64,000 nt of DNA from Bigelowiella natans CCMP2755. Its lineage: Eukaryota; Protista; Cercozoa. Below the pieces are notes generated by a model. That model ran no database searches. It was not told the origin of the DNA and saw nothing but the letters and a program-made list of their open reading frames with translations. Positions within the stretch are counted from its first letter, which is position 1, and each line of letters opens with the position of its first letter. The stretch is taken from assembly GCA_000320545.1 (NCBI GenBank), contig ADNK01001625.1, positions 1 through 64,000 on the forward strand, given 5' to 3'. Shown here one piece after another: positions 36,449 through 48,460 of this stretch. Position numbers and translations under genes: made by a program.

Positions 36449-38000
36449 ACAGGCCTGATCTAGTGTTGCTACCATGCACATGCAAGCATCTGGCTACTAG
36501 GCATGTCTAGATGTGCATCTATGTTGGATCGAGAGTGCTGCATGCTGTCACAACGTAACTCCGTCAAACCCGGTGACGTCGGGGTTTTGAATGCTGCCAC
36601 AACTCCGGCAAACCCGGCAACGACCACAACTAGGCGAATGAAAGCGTGCAAGTGAGCTGCGCCGGCTCATTTGCAATGAATGCAAGCATGCACGTGTTTT
36701 TTTCGCGCAAACGCTTTGCATGCAATCTAGCAATGCTGTGGTTGTCATTCTGAACACACTGAAACGTGTTTTGACCAGTTGAAAATGTTCAGTTTTTTGC
36801 TGCATCGCGCGGCTGAAATGATGCCAAAACGACACCTCACTAGCTCAGAATCCAAGTCCATCCATGCCATGCGTCACTGACAGTGCTAGAGTGTGCACGT
36901 GTGCACCTAGAACTGGAGAAGACTGCAAATGTCCATATACTGCGACCACCACAAAAAATAGTCTAGGTGCAGTGTGACATGGACTTGGATTCTGAGGTGT
37001 CATTTTGGCATCATTTCAGCCGATGTAGCAAAAACTGAACATTTTCAACTGGCCAAAACTGGTTTCACTAGTTCAGTGTGTTCACAATGATCGGTATATC
37101 GGCGCCAAGCGCTCGCGCGAAAAAAACGCGTGCATCGCATGGCTCACATCTGTGCTTTGCGACATGCAACGCTAGAACGGTTCAGGCTGCTTGTCGCCAT
37201 TGAGTTCATCTTCAGATGTTGAAATTTTGGCTGTCTGTCCATCGCGACTAGGACATGATCGCAAACTGATGTGTGAACTGAATGCGTGTGCAGCAACGCA
37301 TCAGTTTCCAGGTTTGTCTGACTGGCCTAGTGGCGTTGCACCGAAATTTCCAGAAAACTCTGAAAAACACCCCGCATTTCAAACCACAAAAAATCGCACA
37401 AGTGTGGACTTTGCATGAGTTTTGGACCATGTCATGTCATCGAACCGACTGCAATCACGTGGCATGGTGGCTGTGTAGCTAGATGTGCGATGCAAGCAAA
37501 AAATGCAGCAAAGTACGGCGGCGTCCTGTTCATCTCAACCATGTCTTCACATGTGTCTGTTCTTGCACATCTAGACACACCTGATCTTTCATTTCTGCAC
37601 ATGAACCTCTAGCTAGCTAGACCTGGACTGTGAATGACGGGCTGCTCTGATGTCATCTAGCTATTTGGACAGACTCATCATCAGCCGCAAAAATACCTAG
37701 ATGTGTGTGTATACACGGGTGAGCAGTGCATTGTCGTTAACCATCTGCAATGCACTTGCTGACGCTGCACACTAAATAACCACTGTGACCAATGAACACG
37801 TCGCTGTCTAGCTAGCGCTAGAGCGTTCAATGTGACTATGCGATAGATCGTGCAACCAACTTGTCTCTACTACTAGTCTACTACGCGTGGAGTACCTATT
37901 CTGGTTGATGGATGTTGGCAGTTTGCGATCATGCTAAGTGATCATGCTAGCTACGCGCATGTGCAATGTGCACTGCGTGTGTAAGCATGCACAATGCTTA
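36200..38000. other. Intergenic island with strong TpA depletion and CTAG scars
   Basis: atgt, caat, ctca, agtg, ttca, aacg, tggc, acct and agcg duplications around CTAG; few TA outside CTAG. Confidence 0.9.
36686..37137. mobile_element. Degenerate foldback/MITE-like element: ~180-bp inverted repeat arms (~36686-36870 and ~36970-37137)
   Basis: Arm 1 gttttgaccagttgaaaatgttcagtttttt...ctgaaatgatgccaaaacgacacctca...gaatccaagtccat is the reverse complement of arm 2 atggacttggattctgaggtgtcattttggcatcatttcag...aaaaactgaacattttcaactggccaaaac. Confidence 0.75.
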
Positions 38001-38055
38001 GGTCGGTGGTACGTTTCATCCTTACGATATGATTTATCTTTGAAGATTTGGCGCT

Positions 38056-39636
38056 ATTATTTGTACCACACGAATAAGTAATCGCAATTGATTTTGACGT
38101 TTACTATTTCAGCCTTTGTTGAATACAGCAGGCCAATGCTTTTATTCACATTTTCCCCTCTGGAAGACGTGTTTGGGCAGCTGCCTCTTTCAAAGATTCT
38201 GCTCTTCGAACGTCGGGAGGTATTGACACTGACTCGAGGATTGCATTTTTTTCTTGCTCAATTTTTTTTTCTCTCTGCACCTGGATGCCTGACATGTCCA
38301 GCTTAAATTGATCCTCAGCGGCTTTTTCACCTTTTACAAGTTTCCGAATCTTCCGCTGGAATTCGGGCAAAAATTGATCGAAAAAGCTATCTATCCAACC
38401 GACGCTTGCATGTTGACCTCGATAAGCTGCAAGCTTCGAATGTCCATTAATTAGCCACATAGGATGCTCTGCGCCGTGAAGCTTATCTTTTTGACACGGT
38501 TGGCCGTTGCTTATACCAGCTTCAACATGTCCAGTATACACGTGAAAGGGGTTGTTACGCCATAGCATTACTCTGTAAACAGGAAGAACACAACTCTTAC
38601 TTAAAGTGTAACATGGATCTCCGGGTGCACGAAAATGTGTGGTGTGCACAAACATGCTCAGGTTATTTGATTGCTGCATTCCAATAGCATATTGTCTTCC
38701 TGGTGGAGGAAATGGATAGTGAGGAACGAATGTAGCACGATCCAAGCTTGTATCGTCAATTTCTCTTGGTTGTGTCCAAGAAATGACTCTCTGGAAATTT
38801 TTATCTATGTCTTTTAGTTCCATATCAGCCATACTCTCTCCGATCTGAGTTATGAATCTCTCACCTGTTATTCCATTATGTAAAGCAAAAAAACGAGTTC
38901 AGAAAGAGTAAGCATGATTTGTTCGTATTTACCGAGATCCATAGTATAGGGATTTGCTGTAAGCCAGTATTTGACCCAAGGAGTCAATAGAAAACCGACC
39001 GAAAAAGATTTTAAGAATCTCCAGTATCCACGACGCAGTTGCATTCCACCACAAGCAACAACACAATCGCTGAAGTGCAAGTATAAATTCGGACCAGATT
39101 GGTATGGGCGAAGATATTTGAAGTTATTCTTAATATTTCCGCATTTACAAGACAGAATACAGTAAATAATCCCTAATATAGTCATCGCCAGAATATCAAA
39201 AGCTAAGTTAATCATAATCAGAATCTGGGCAGGTAAACTCAGGAACCACTGCACAAGTACATGCAGCTTCCAAGAGAAAGATTCTCTAGAAATCATGGGT
39301 ATCGGCTTTGGTAGACTTCGGAAGAAGTAATAGTTTGTTGCAGTGGGAGGAATGAGGAACAGGATCAAAATCGGTAGAATTATGAGTAGTTTTGGAATCA
39401 CAAATATGAGTACGACACCTAAACAATGAACGATACATGAGAAAGAATAGCTATCATATTCATTTGCTTCAATCTATTACCTCCAGAATAGTAGTCTGTC
39501 CAACTAATCTTATGAACAAGCCATGGGCTATCACGGGAGGTATCAACCGTCTGATGAACAATTCGACTCATATGTTCTAATTGCTCCTTGGTCTCGCCTG
39601 TTTAGATAACGTGTGAGTAAGTGAGTGAGTGAGTGA

Positions 39637-39693
<57 letters not shown>

Positions 39694-39960
39694 AGAGAGG
39701 GAGGGAGAGAGGAAGAGAGAGCGAGCGAGAGAGAGAAAGTATATGTATACGTGTTGCTAAAAAAATATACATAGAGTTACACACTACATATTTCGAGGAA
39801 AAACGATGAGAAACTAGTCTCTCAAACGGCAGGCAAAAAGAACACCTCTTTTCGTGTCCACAGCGATTGGAAATACCGGATTTTTGTATGGTACTGTGTT
39901 ACACGGTGCATAGAGATTGAGGTTGCTCTTAAGTGGTATCTTTTCTTCGTGAGTGGACAT
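38056..39960 (-). CDS. Uncharacterised multi-exon protein with N-terminal hydrophobic (transmembrane-like) segments; 3' end approximate
   Basis: Long open exons at 38146-38860 and ~38930-39420 are bounded by GT/AG. ATG at 39958-39960 (MSTHEEKIPL). No family recognised. Confidence 0.6.
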
Positions 39961-41779
39961 GGTGGTGTGGTAGTGGTGGAGCACGGAATCTGGGTGTAGC
40001 ACTAGTCTGAAAGAAGACCCGATTTTCGGTCCGTTAGTGTCAGGGAATGGATGAATTGGGGGTTAAATCCATTGGTTCGTCAGTAGTTATCCTAGTCGCA
40101 TCGTTGACTTCCCATGGTCCATGCTCATTCACCGAAGATGTGATTTTCATAGTAGATCTAACCATAACAACATCGATTTGGGTTTTGAGGCAGCATGCAC
40201 CTCGAGATGCACCTACTAACTACCGACCCCCAGGTATGTACCAAAGCCAGTGCCGGCGCAGTCTAGGGTTGGCAATAAGATGCAGAACAAAGTTTTTGCT
40301 TGGAAGTCTGGCGAGGTGAACCAATTTGTGAGGACAAGGGAATTGAAAAAGGAGCTGGCAAAAACCCTGCTGGTTGGCTCCTGCTTGGAGTCGGCGATCT
40401 TGCCAATTATAATGGCATATACTGCTCCAAATACTTTCTTCGTTCCAAACAGAGCCTGTGCTGGGCCTGTTATGTTGGATCCCACATCAGGTTAAAATGC
40501 GAGGTGGGCGGTGTAGATGCTGTTAACAAGTGATTATGATGGCTATGGCATACACTAATTGCATGCGGCGATTAGATAGCTATAACATATGTTTCCCATC
40601 TTCTTCTACGATAATAAACACATCTACATCTTCACTAAAGCTCTTCATTGCAATATTCGTAAGGGTTATTAAGACAAAGAGAAACCTCTTGGGTACATAT
40701 GAGAAGTTGGGACGTTGCAGTCGATTCAACGTTGTACATTCGATGTGGGTGAGTGGACACGTGTTATGAACATTGAGAGGATTTAATATAACACTCAGCT
40801 TCTCCTTCCAATACGTTTATCACTAGGCCAGCAGTGCATGCAATCGGGGTGGACTCTTACAAGGAGATGATAGGAGATAAGTGAGGACATAGCATTTCCC
40901 CATATTCTGTCTTCAATCTTTATTTTTTCATGGCTACTCTTTTAGATTAATTTGCGGCTTAGGTATTTCGGTAAATATTATAAATTTCCACTGGCTGGTG
41001 TCGTAGGAGTGGCAATTTATCTGGGATACTGTCCAAGTAGTTCTTATTCTAAATATACACTGCTCTGAGCGTTTTGCAGTCTGACTAAAGAGTGATATCC
41101 ATGATTTTAGTTGCCGAAAATCAATTGTTGGTCGACGCAATAAGACGTGAACATAAACATCACTGCAGAGTATCAACTGACTCGATTATCTCACATGTTC
41201 GTAATAATCAGGTTCCTTGATAGCAGGAATAGTCGGAATTTCATTTAAGATACAAAAGGGGAAGGAAACCGAAGGCAGTGAAGAAAAGGAAAGGTGAACA
41301 AATAAGAAAACAGTTTTATATTTGCCAGGTAGCAGCCCCTTTTATTTGCTCATATGTTCCCAGCCATTGCAACACCAAAACAGCAAGATGGAGCCGTAGA
41401 TTTGGAGGTTCAGAGGCTGGATTTGAGACCTGGAAGACAATAGACACTGCAATTTTCGAGCCTACCACGATGAAAGATCCTTCTACGTCATGCGAGTCGA
41501 ACTTTCGCTTGAAAAGGTTGGTATAAAAATCTTAAGAGAAAATTACAAAGTGAGTGCACGCTACATTCCTCATCATGCAGTAAGCCAGCAAGTTTTCGGA
41601 TACATCTTACTTCAATTGATGCAGTGCGATCATGGGATTTTCAAGTGATTTGTGTACCATCTTTGTTCTTTGTTTGCTCTTTGAACTTCAGGTTGACAGC
41701 ATTCACCTCGTCCAAAAGAAACGGATTCATTGGTTGCCTAGCCTTGGAATGGAGCGAGGTGACAGAATTAGCAAAAACA

Positions 41780-42930
41780 GCAGATTCGTGCTGAGTCGGA
41801 CACATGGGTGTCAGCTATGCAATGGTCACGGCAGAACGCAGCTAGCAGATACCATGTGTCTGTCAGCATGAGAGCTAGAGAGAGAGATGTGGAGCTATCA
41901 TCACGTTGAACAAACAAATATGCGTTGTCAGCAGCACCAAGCATCGCAGTTGCGCGTCTTTGAGCAATTCACAGAAACACATGCAACACACAACACACAC
42001 GCTGCATGGCGGGCCCACATCGCTAGATTGCTAGATCGTTCATCATGCATGATGATCATGACTAGATGAGCACGCAACAAAATCAATCGAATTGGAAGCA
42101 CAGCTAGGTGGGCGTCATTCAGCCCGTTCTCAAGCCATCAAAGCACGAAGAAGAAGCTTTTGGTGCATCACATCGCACTGGTCTAGTAGTGGACGCTTGC
42201 CAGCTTGCACAGTGTCGTGGCGTGCGATGCACAACGACACTAGACATGCTGGCATGTTGTGTCAGACAGTTTCAGAATCTTGTTCTTTGTCAACGCACGC
42301 AAGCCAGGCATGTCTGGATGTGCCAGAGAGCTGCGCTTCAAAGTGCCACCACCGTCTAGACCGTGCTGAAGTCACATTGATCACACTTTTCGCATGCGTC
42401 CAACTTTTGGCGATGGCAACTTGTGCCACATCATCCACATCTGACACGCACGCCAGCACGCACTGTGGGCACGACAACTCTGTGTCTCGAGGCGGGCGGA
42501 TTGTCACTGACGACCAACAAGACGACCGCAGCGACGCAGGATGCCAATCAAGCAATGCTGACAGACAATGATGGGAGGACTCACATCTGCATGAGGCACT
42601 TTCCAGACTTTGATCATTGTGCATCTAGCTTTCTCACCATCAGGGAGCGTCAACTCACCACACCCCTTGCTCGTTCGAGTCACGTTGGTGCCAGAGATTC
42701 TCGGTGGTTGGCCAAAATGTGTCAGCAACAGGCATTTTGTGCGCACGATCGCGCAGTTGCTGCGACATGATTTCCCGCTTGTCTCACAGTCCAAATGCCC
42801 CATGATCGATTTCGACATTGTTCTGCGACTGTCAACTTGGTGCTGTGTTCGTAATGACTCACTGTTGCGTGGCACAACACAAGCGGAAGTCACATCATGT
42901 CCATTCCAACCCTTCCATCGGTGAGTCGTT
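41780..42930. other. TpA-depleted island with CTAG scars, possibly a hypermutated coding remnant
   Basis: Almost no TA outside CTAG; overlapping Cys/His-rich, Tyr-free ORFs in many frames; atga-CTAG-atga at ~42058. Confidence 0.75.
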
Positions 42931-42962
42931 TAGTTGTGTAAGTAATCTTGCACGGAGAGTCA

Positions 42963-44778
42963 ATGGCTAATGATGTTACTCAGCTCCCTGCACATGAGAA
43001 CGCTCCAGCTGGTGGAGCGATGCTGTTGCAGCTCTCAGGATGGCTCTGGAAGAAGAATGCTGTAAGATGAAGCCCAAAAATTGCAAAGGAGAAGAGGAAA
43101 CCATAGGGGCACGGAGCAGTGTTTCGTTTCCGACAACATAACTCTGAGATTGCCGAAATACCGTCATGATGCATGCTTCCAAATGAGCATTCTGTGAGCG
43201 AGGGATAAGGTAACTTTTGTTATTTTACAGCGAGTCGGATGGGTTAAGCGCTACACTGAGATCAACCATCATTGGATGGCCTACTATGGTAGAATCATCC
43301 AACACAGTGTGGAATGCCAAAATTGAAATCCTGGCAACAAACAGAAAAAACTGATCACGCATTCCCATTGGGATTCGTAAATTCTCAAGACATTGAATCG
43401 GTCAGTACTTGAATGTCGAAAAGCAGCCATATTGAGTGACCCTTTCAGGTGCAACCTGGATCAAGTAATGGTCGAAGATTCGATGTAGTTACTGAAGCCC
43501 ATGTGTAATACTATTTACTTCATAGTTTCCGGGGGGTGCATAGTACACGTGAGTCTTACTGAATTTTCGATGTAGATACTGTCTTTTGGCTCCGGATGAG
43601 GACACGATGAAGAAATGGCTTGCAACAATTATTAAAATAATCGAATACAATAGAAAATTGAAGGTATGCTTCTGTTACAGGCTAAGTAAATTCTCACATC
43701 GTTATTCGTGAACAGTCCTCAGGAATGCAAATGAAAAGATTGAGACTTCGTGGGACACCAAAATGGCTAAAATCATTCTGGGTACCAATCCAATGAACCA
43801 TAATAGCCTTCACAGACAGCTAACATTGAACTTCGGACAGGATGGTGGTAACCGGAAAAACGTGGCACCCAAAGCGCAACATACGTCCGCTTCGCTCAGT
43901 AGTCCTATCCTACCAAAGGAACGGAGGGTACCTAATCTAGTTCTGCCTTCGTATGCAATTGCAGTTAAGTTCGTTTGATATCATTAGATAAATGTGGCAC
44001 TCTATGATTGTGCAGTGGGAAATCCAGGCTTATTGAAGAAGGTAACGTTACAGCATAGTGTTTGTGCAGATAGATTAATTTTCACTCATCATGTACACAT
44101 TCTCTACTATTCTAGTTTATGGAGCTCTGCCCAGATGATTTGAAGGCACTAGGTTTAGTGATAGATATCTTGATTGCAAATGTTGGCACAAAGGTTTCGC
44201 CACCTATTTCCAGAAGGTCAGATCATGAAGCATTGTTTGCCGAACCACTGTTGCAAAAATACTTTTACTACTTCTTGCTCTATTGTTTTTGAACGCAGAG
44301 GGAGTCAATTAGGAGCATACCTATCATCATTCAAATCACGGCGGAGATTTTCGAGTACTGTCCAGCATTTTGTTGTGTGATTTTACTCTGAGCTGATATG
44401 GTCCGTAGAATCGAAAGAATTGAAACAATCCAGACATGGGAGTCCATCTCGAAGTAAGTACTAGAACTCCACATAGAAACAAAAGGCATCTGATTCACCA
44501 TTTTTTTAAAAAAGAATCTAAAGGCTCCAGACATGGAAGAATGAGCCCAACCCGTAGCCATCATGATTTTACAGATGACATGAAGAGTCATCAACGACAC
44601 GGAAGGGACCACATGAGCAGAAGAGGTACAAAAGCAAACTTTATATAGTTATATTTGTGTTGAGATACATATCAATACCATATTCAGGCCAACCAATAGA
44701 AACTTCTTCAGTTTCTAATTTCTCCGGAAAGCATATGTCTCCATCGTCACGGTGCATCCAAATGTGACATATAAACAT

Positions 44779-44826
<48 letters not shown>

Positions 44827-47800
44827 TCCCATATGTGTGTCACGCTTTCCTTACAAAATAATAAATAACGACATACGTAATAGGAGAAAAACATCTGTTA
44901 CGAAATCCCGTCATCGAAGAAGTTCTAGCGCTGGTTCGAAGGTGGGGTAATTTTTTGTATCATCAATGATATTTATGATATAACAGTTTCTGTAATTGTC
45001 CCAGTTGTCATGCGAAAAAAACCTCAGGTCTAAGCCAGAAAAAGTTGATTGTAAAGGTTAGGACCGCTTTGGAATGAATCATGTACCGTCTAATTTTCGA
45101 TCTTGCGCAGGAGACATAAAGTATAGTCCTCCACAGAAACATATAAGCGACCATTCACAAACTACGGGTTCAGCTTCAAATTCGGAAATCTCAAATGATA
45201 TGGAGCCCCTTATGCTGCGATTCAATTCAGTTAAAAGAAACAAGTTCGCTTAAAAGATGCAAGATAACAAATATCTCAAAACAGGAAGAGAAGGCTACCA
45301 TTGAGGCTTGGGTGAAAAGCAAAGTAGGAATAAAGGCTTTTCTTCGAGGTGTCAATTAAAGGAGGAGATTGTAAATACCTTATAATATTCTGATGTCTCA
45401 GAACTCAAAGCTCATGATCCGTTGACTCGCTGCTTCTGCTACCGAATACTGTTTCTAATTTATTCGCAAGCAAAGCATAATTTTTCTATGACTAGCCCCG
45501 GTTTGGCAATCGAGTTTGCTAATGTGGTGTGCTGTGCGCATTCTAGAGGTATTGGTCGTAACAACGACGAAGAATTAAAACTTACCCAGAGCTTCAATGA
45601 AAAGTCAATCCTTCAAAATCATGCCTTGCTTTCTACAATGCTAATGAACCCTATTGACGAGTGGAAGCCTTCCGAAAGCGAAGATATGTATACAATAAGT
45701 GGCAACACTTGTGTTCATCCAGCACTATGGTTTTCGTTGCTTTCCAATATGTATGGTACGAAAACAAAAGTTGTTGTTTCAATACTGAAAGCATGGATTT
45801 CTTACCAGCATACAATTACAGGGAGCCACGTGCATCCGAGATTGACATTCCTAAAGGATATCATGTATCTGCTTATTAATCGTCGGAACAACAGCGAATC
45901 ATTGGTAAAACTTGGGCCTTGGCAGGTAGGACTCGTATCTTTGATAATAATAAAGTAATGCCTGAGTCTTTCATTTGTTAGGCCTGGCTCATACCTTTGA
46001 TGTTTGACATACTGAGTGACAAGCGAGAATTACAGAGCAAAGGTGTGGCCAGCCATATCTAGTAGGAGATAAAATTAGTTGAACAATAAAGTTTATAGGA
46101 AATACCACGATTGGGGGTAAGTTAAAGACGTACGCAATGGGAATTCTAACGTCTGTACACTGGTATGCAGCACTGACACTTAGCTAAATTCAACTATTTC
46201 ATCTAAGTAACGAATTACAGGTTCTGTGCTAAGAGTATCAAAAAGGATTCCCTAATTCTTTTTGCTAGCCAGATTCGTCTATCGTTGGCATTATCGTTAG
46301 CCACAGGTTTGAAGATTGTACATCCAAATGCCATGAAATAATTCAAAGCTACCGATAGGATGCGAGCAGAGCCTCGACGTATGCTATTCAATTCTTAGTG
46401 CTCTTCTATCAAAGTTCAACACGGATCTCCCTCACCTTGTTTTAGTTCCAAACAGAAGGTCATGGTATTACCTTTTTGTTTTAAACTTAATGATAGTTGA
46501 TACTCTGCTAGAGATGGTACAAAGGAAGAGTTGGAAGAAACTCAAAAATTGATGGCACATAAATGGCAATGCTTGCATCAACTGGTAGCATAATTATTAA
46601 AAACATTAAAAACGTAAGTCGTCCGGCAAACTCCAACGAACTTTACTTGTTTAGATAAGGTTTATACTAATGTTCACGCTTCTTCAAAATATGTCTTTGC
46701 TACCTACGAGCATAGTCCCAGTTGACAAGACATCGAAAAGTAAGTTGGCTTAGAAATTAGTAAAAGCATTTGTTTTATACTGTATTTTATCAGGTATAAA
46801 CAGCTCAGTAAATAAGGAGTACGTTCAGTATATCAAAAAGAAAGCTTTAGCTCAGAAACAGGCTGCAAAAGAACCTCAGGCTCAAGATGAAAGTAGTTTA
46901 ATTGCTCATCTAATTTCAAAATTTACCTCACTTGCAAAGTACATTTTAAGGTATCACGAATGATGAATTTGGTCTTCAAGAATCAATATTATATGCTTCC
47001 AAAGAGGAAGAGAAACTTCACGAGGCTGTCTCAAAGCTTCTTCCATCTGATAAAGTTTTGACTCACATCCTAAGAGTTTTTTATAGCCAGCATAATGAAC
47101 AATGCGAAGATCCAACTGGATCGTGGTAATACGAGATGAGAGACTGTTCTTCATTTACTTGAAATGACAATGTAATGAAGGTCCAAAATGAGCTCAACTC
47201 AAAAGATCTTACGTGGAAATATGATCATGGAGGCATCGAAAGATGTAGAAAATTATCAGTTACATCTATTTCTGAACTGACATCAGAAATTACACAGGTT
47301 CGTATGACCCCGGGAGACGTTCTCCAGATTTACTTAAAACGGGTCGAAGAGGTCAAGATTTTAGAAGGGTGGGGTGGGCAAGTCTTGGAGGTAATGAAGA
47401 CCAGAATAGTCAACTTTATTTGTCATTGCGATGAAGCATACACTCGTTTAGAATGGCAACATTCCCGTCGGTCGATCTGCAGTTAAACTTGAATTCTATG
47501 GTATAGTTCTACCACAAGGCAGTGTAGCAAGATAGACCGATATTCACTGACATACAAACATAATCACGAACATCTCAGGTTCAAGCTGGAAAGCCCAACT
47601 TCCTGCTTCAATCGAGTAAGAAAAATATGGAGGGAAGAAGAGGGAATGAAGAGAAAACATGGTTTTTACAACTTCGTTGATATAAACAGGCTCATATCTA
47701 AACTACAAGCACTGCTTCATAACTTGAAAAGAAAAATGAAGACGGAAACGAAAGTGCGTTGTTCAAATAATATTACAATGAACCATATATCAACAAGAAA

Positions 47801-48460
47801 CATGTGCATTTTACAGACCACCTACAAACTATTTCTGAAAAGATCCATTGGTAATTATAATAGACTTGAAAATTTTCAGATGCACGTGAAGAAAATGTGT
47901 AAATATTCCCAGAAAAATGCCATGTAGTATTACGATCTCACTCAAATTATTCTTAGAAAACGTCATGTGCTATTATGACCTCATATCGGATACTGCGGTA
48001 TAATTGAAGCATAACATAGTATGCGATGATAATTTTACTCACAGCGCTGATAGTGTACAGTGCATACATATTCTTATCCTTTATCTTGCATACTGGAGTA
48101 GGCTTTTCTAAGGATGTTCGAGTCGCATTTATGGAAACAATTAAAAAGTGAAAGATTGGAACAGGTGCGCGTTTTATTTGCATATTTTATGCACGAGTGG
48201 TATTGAGAAATTTATTGAAAGGTAATGAACAACTTCGTGAAAGCGCAAGATCCTTACAGTCGAAGGAAAACTCTGCGGGGGTACTAAAAATGTACATCCG
48301 GGAAAGCATGTTCAATTTCAATAGGCTTTCTGTGAATATAACAGAATTCAACGGGAAAAGGACAGAGACGACAGAAAAACGTCGCGCATACTAGAGAGAG
48401 TACTCATCATAAATTACCAATTATGTATCCGCCTATCACAGTTTACTAAATGTAATTTTT
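42963..48460 (+). CDS. Long multi-exon helical coding region, probably the N-terminal part of the G-alpha gene; includes a segment resembling neurobeachin/LRBA
   Basis: Regular short GT-AG introns and open exons, e.g. ~45400-45925. RLTFLKDIMYLLINRRNNSESLVKLGPWQAWL resembles LRBA/NBEA [28 protein letters not shown] (similarity from memory, not a search). Confidence 0.5.

Noticed and set aside
40047-41760. Possible small gene(s) between the membrane-protein gene and the island
   Set aside because: Short ORFs on both strands with no motif or consistent exon chain that I could support.
43700-44400. SAM domain (FMELCPDDLKALG)
   Set aside because: Only one short motif; not enough support.
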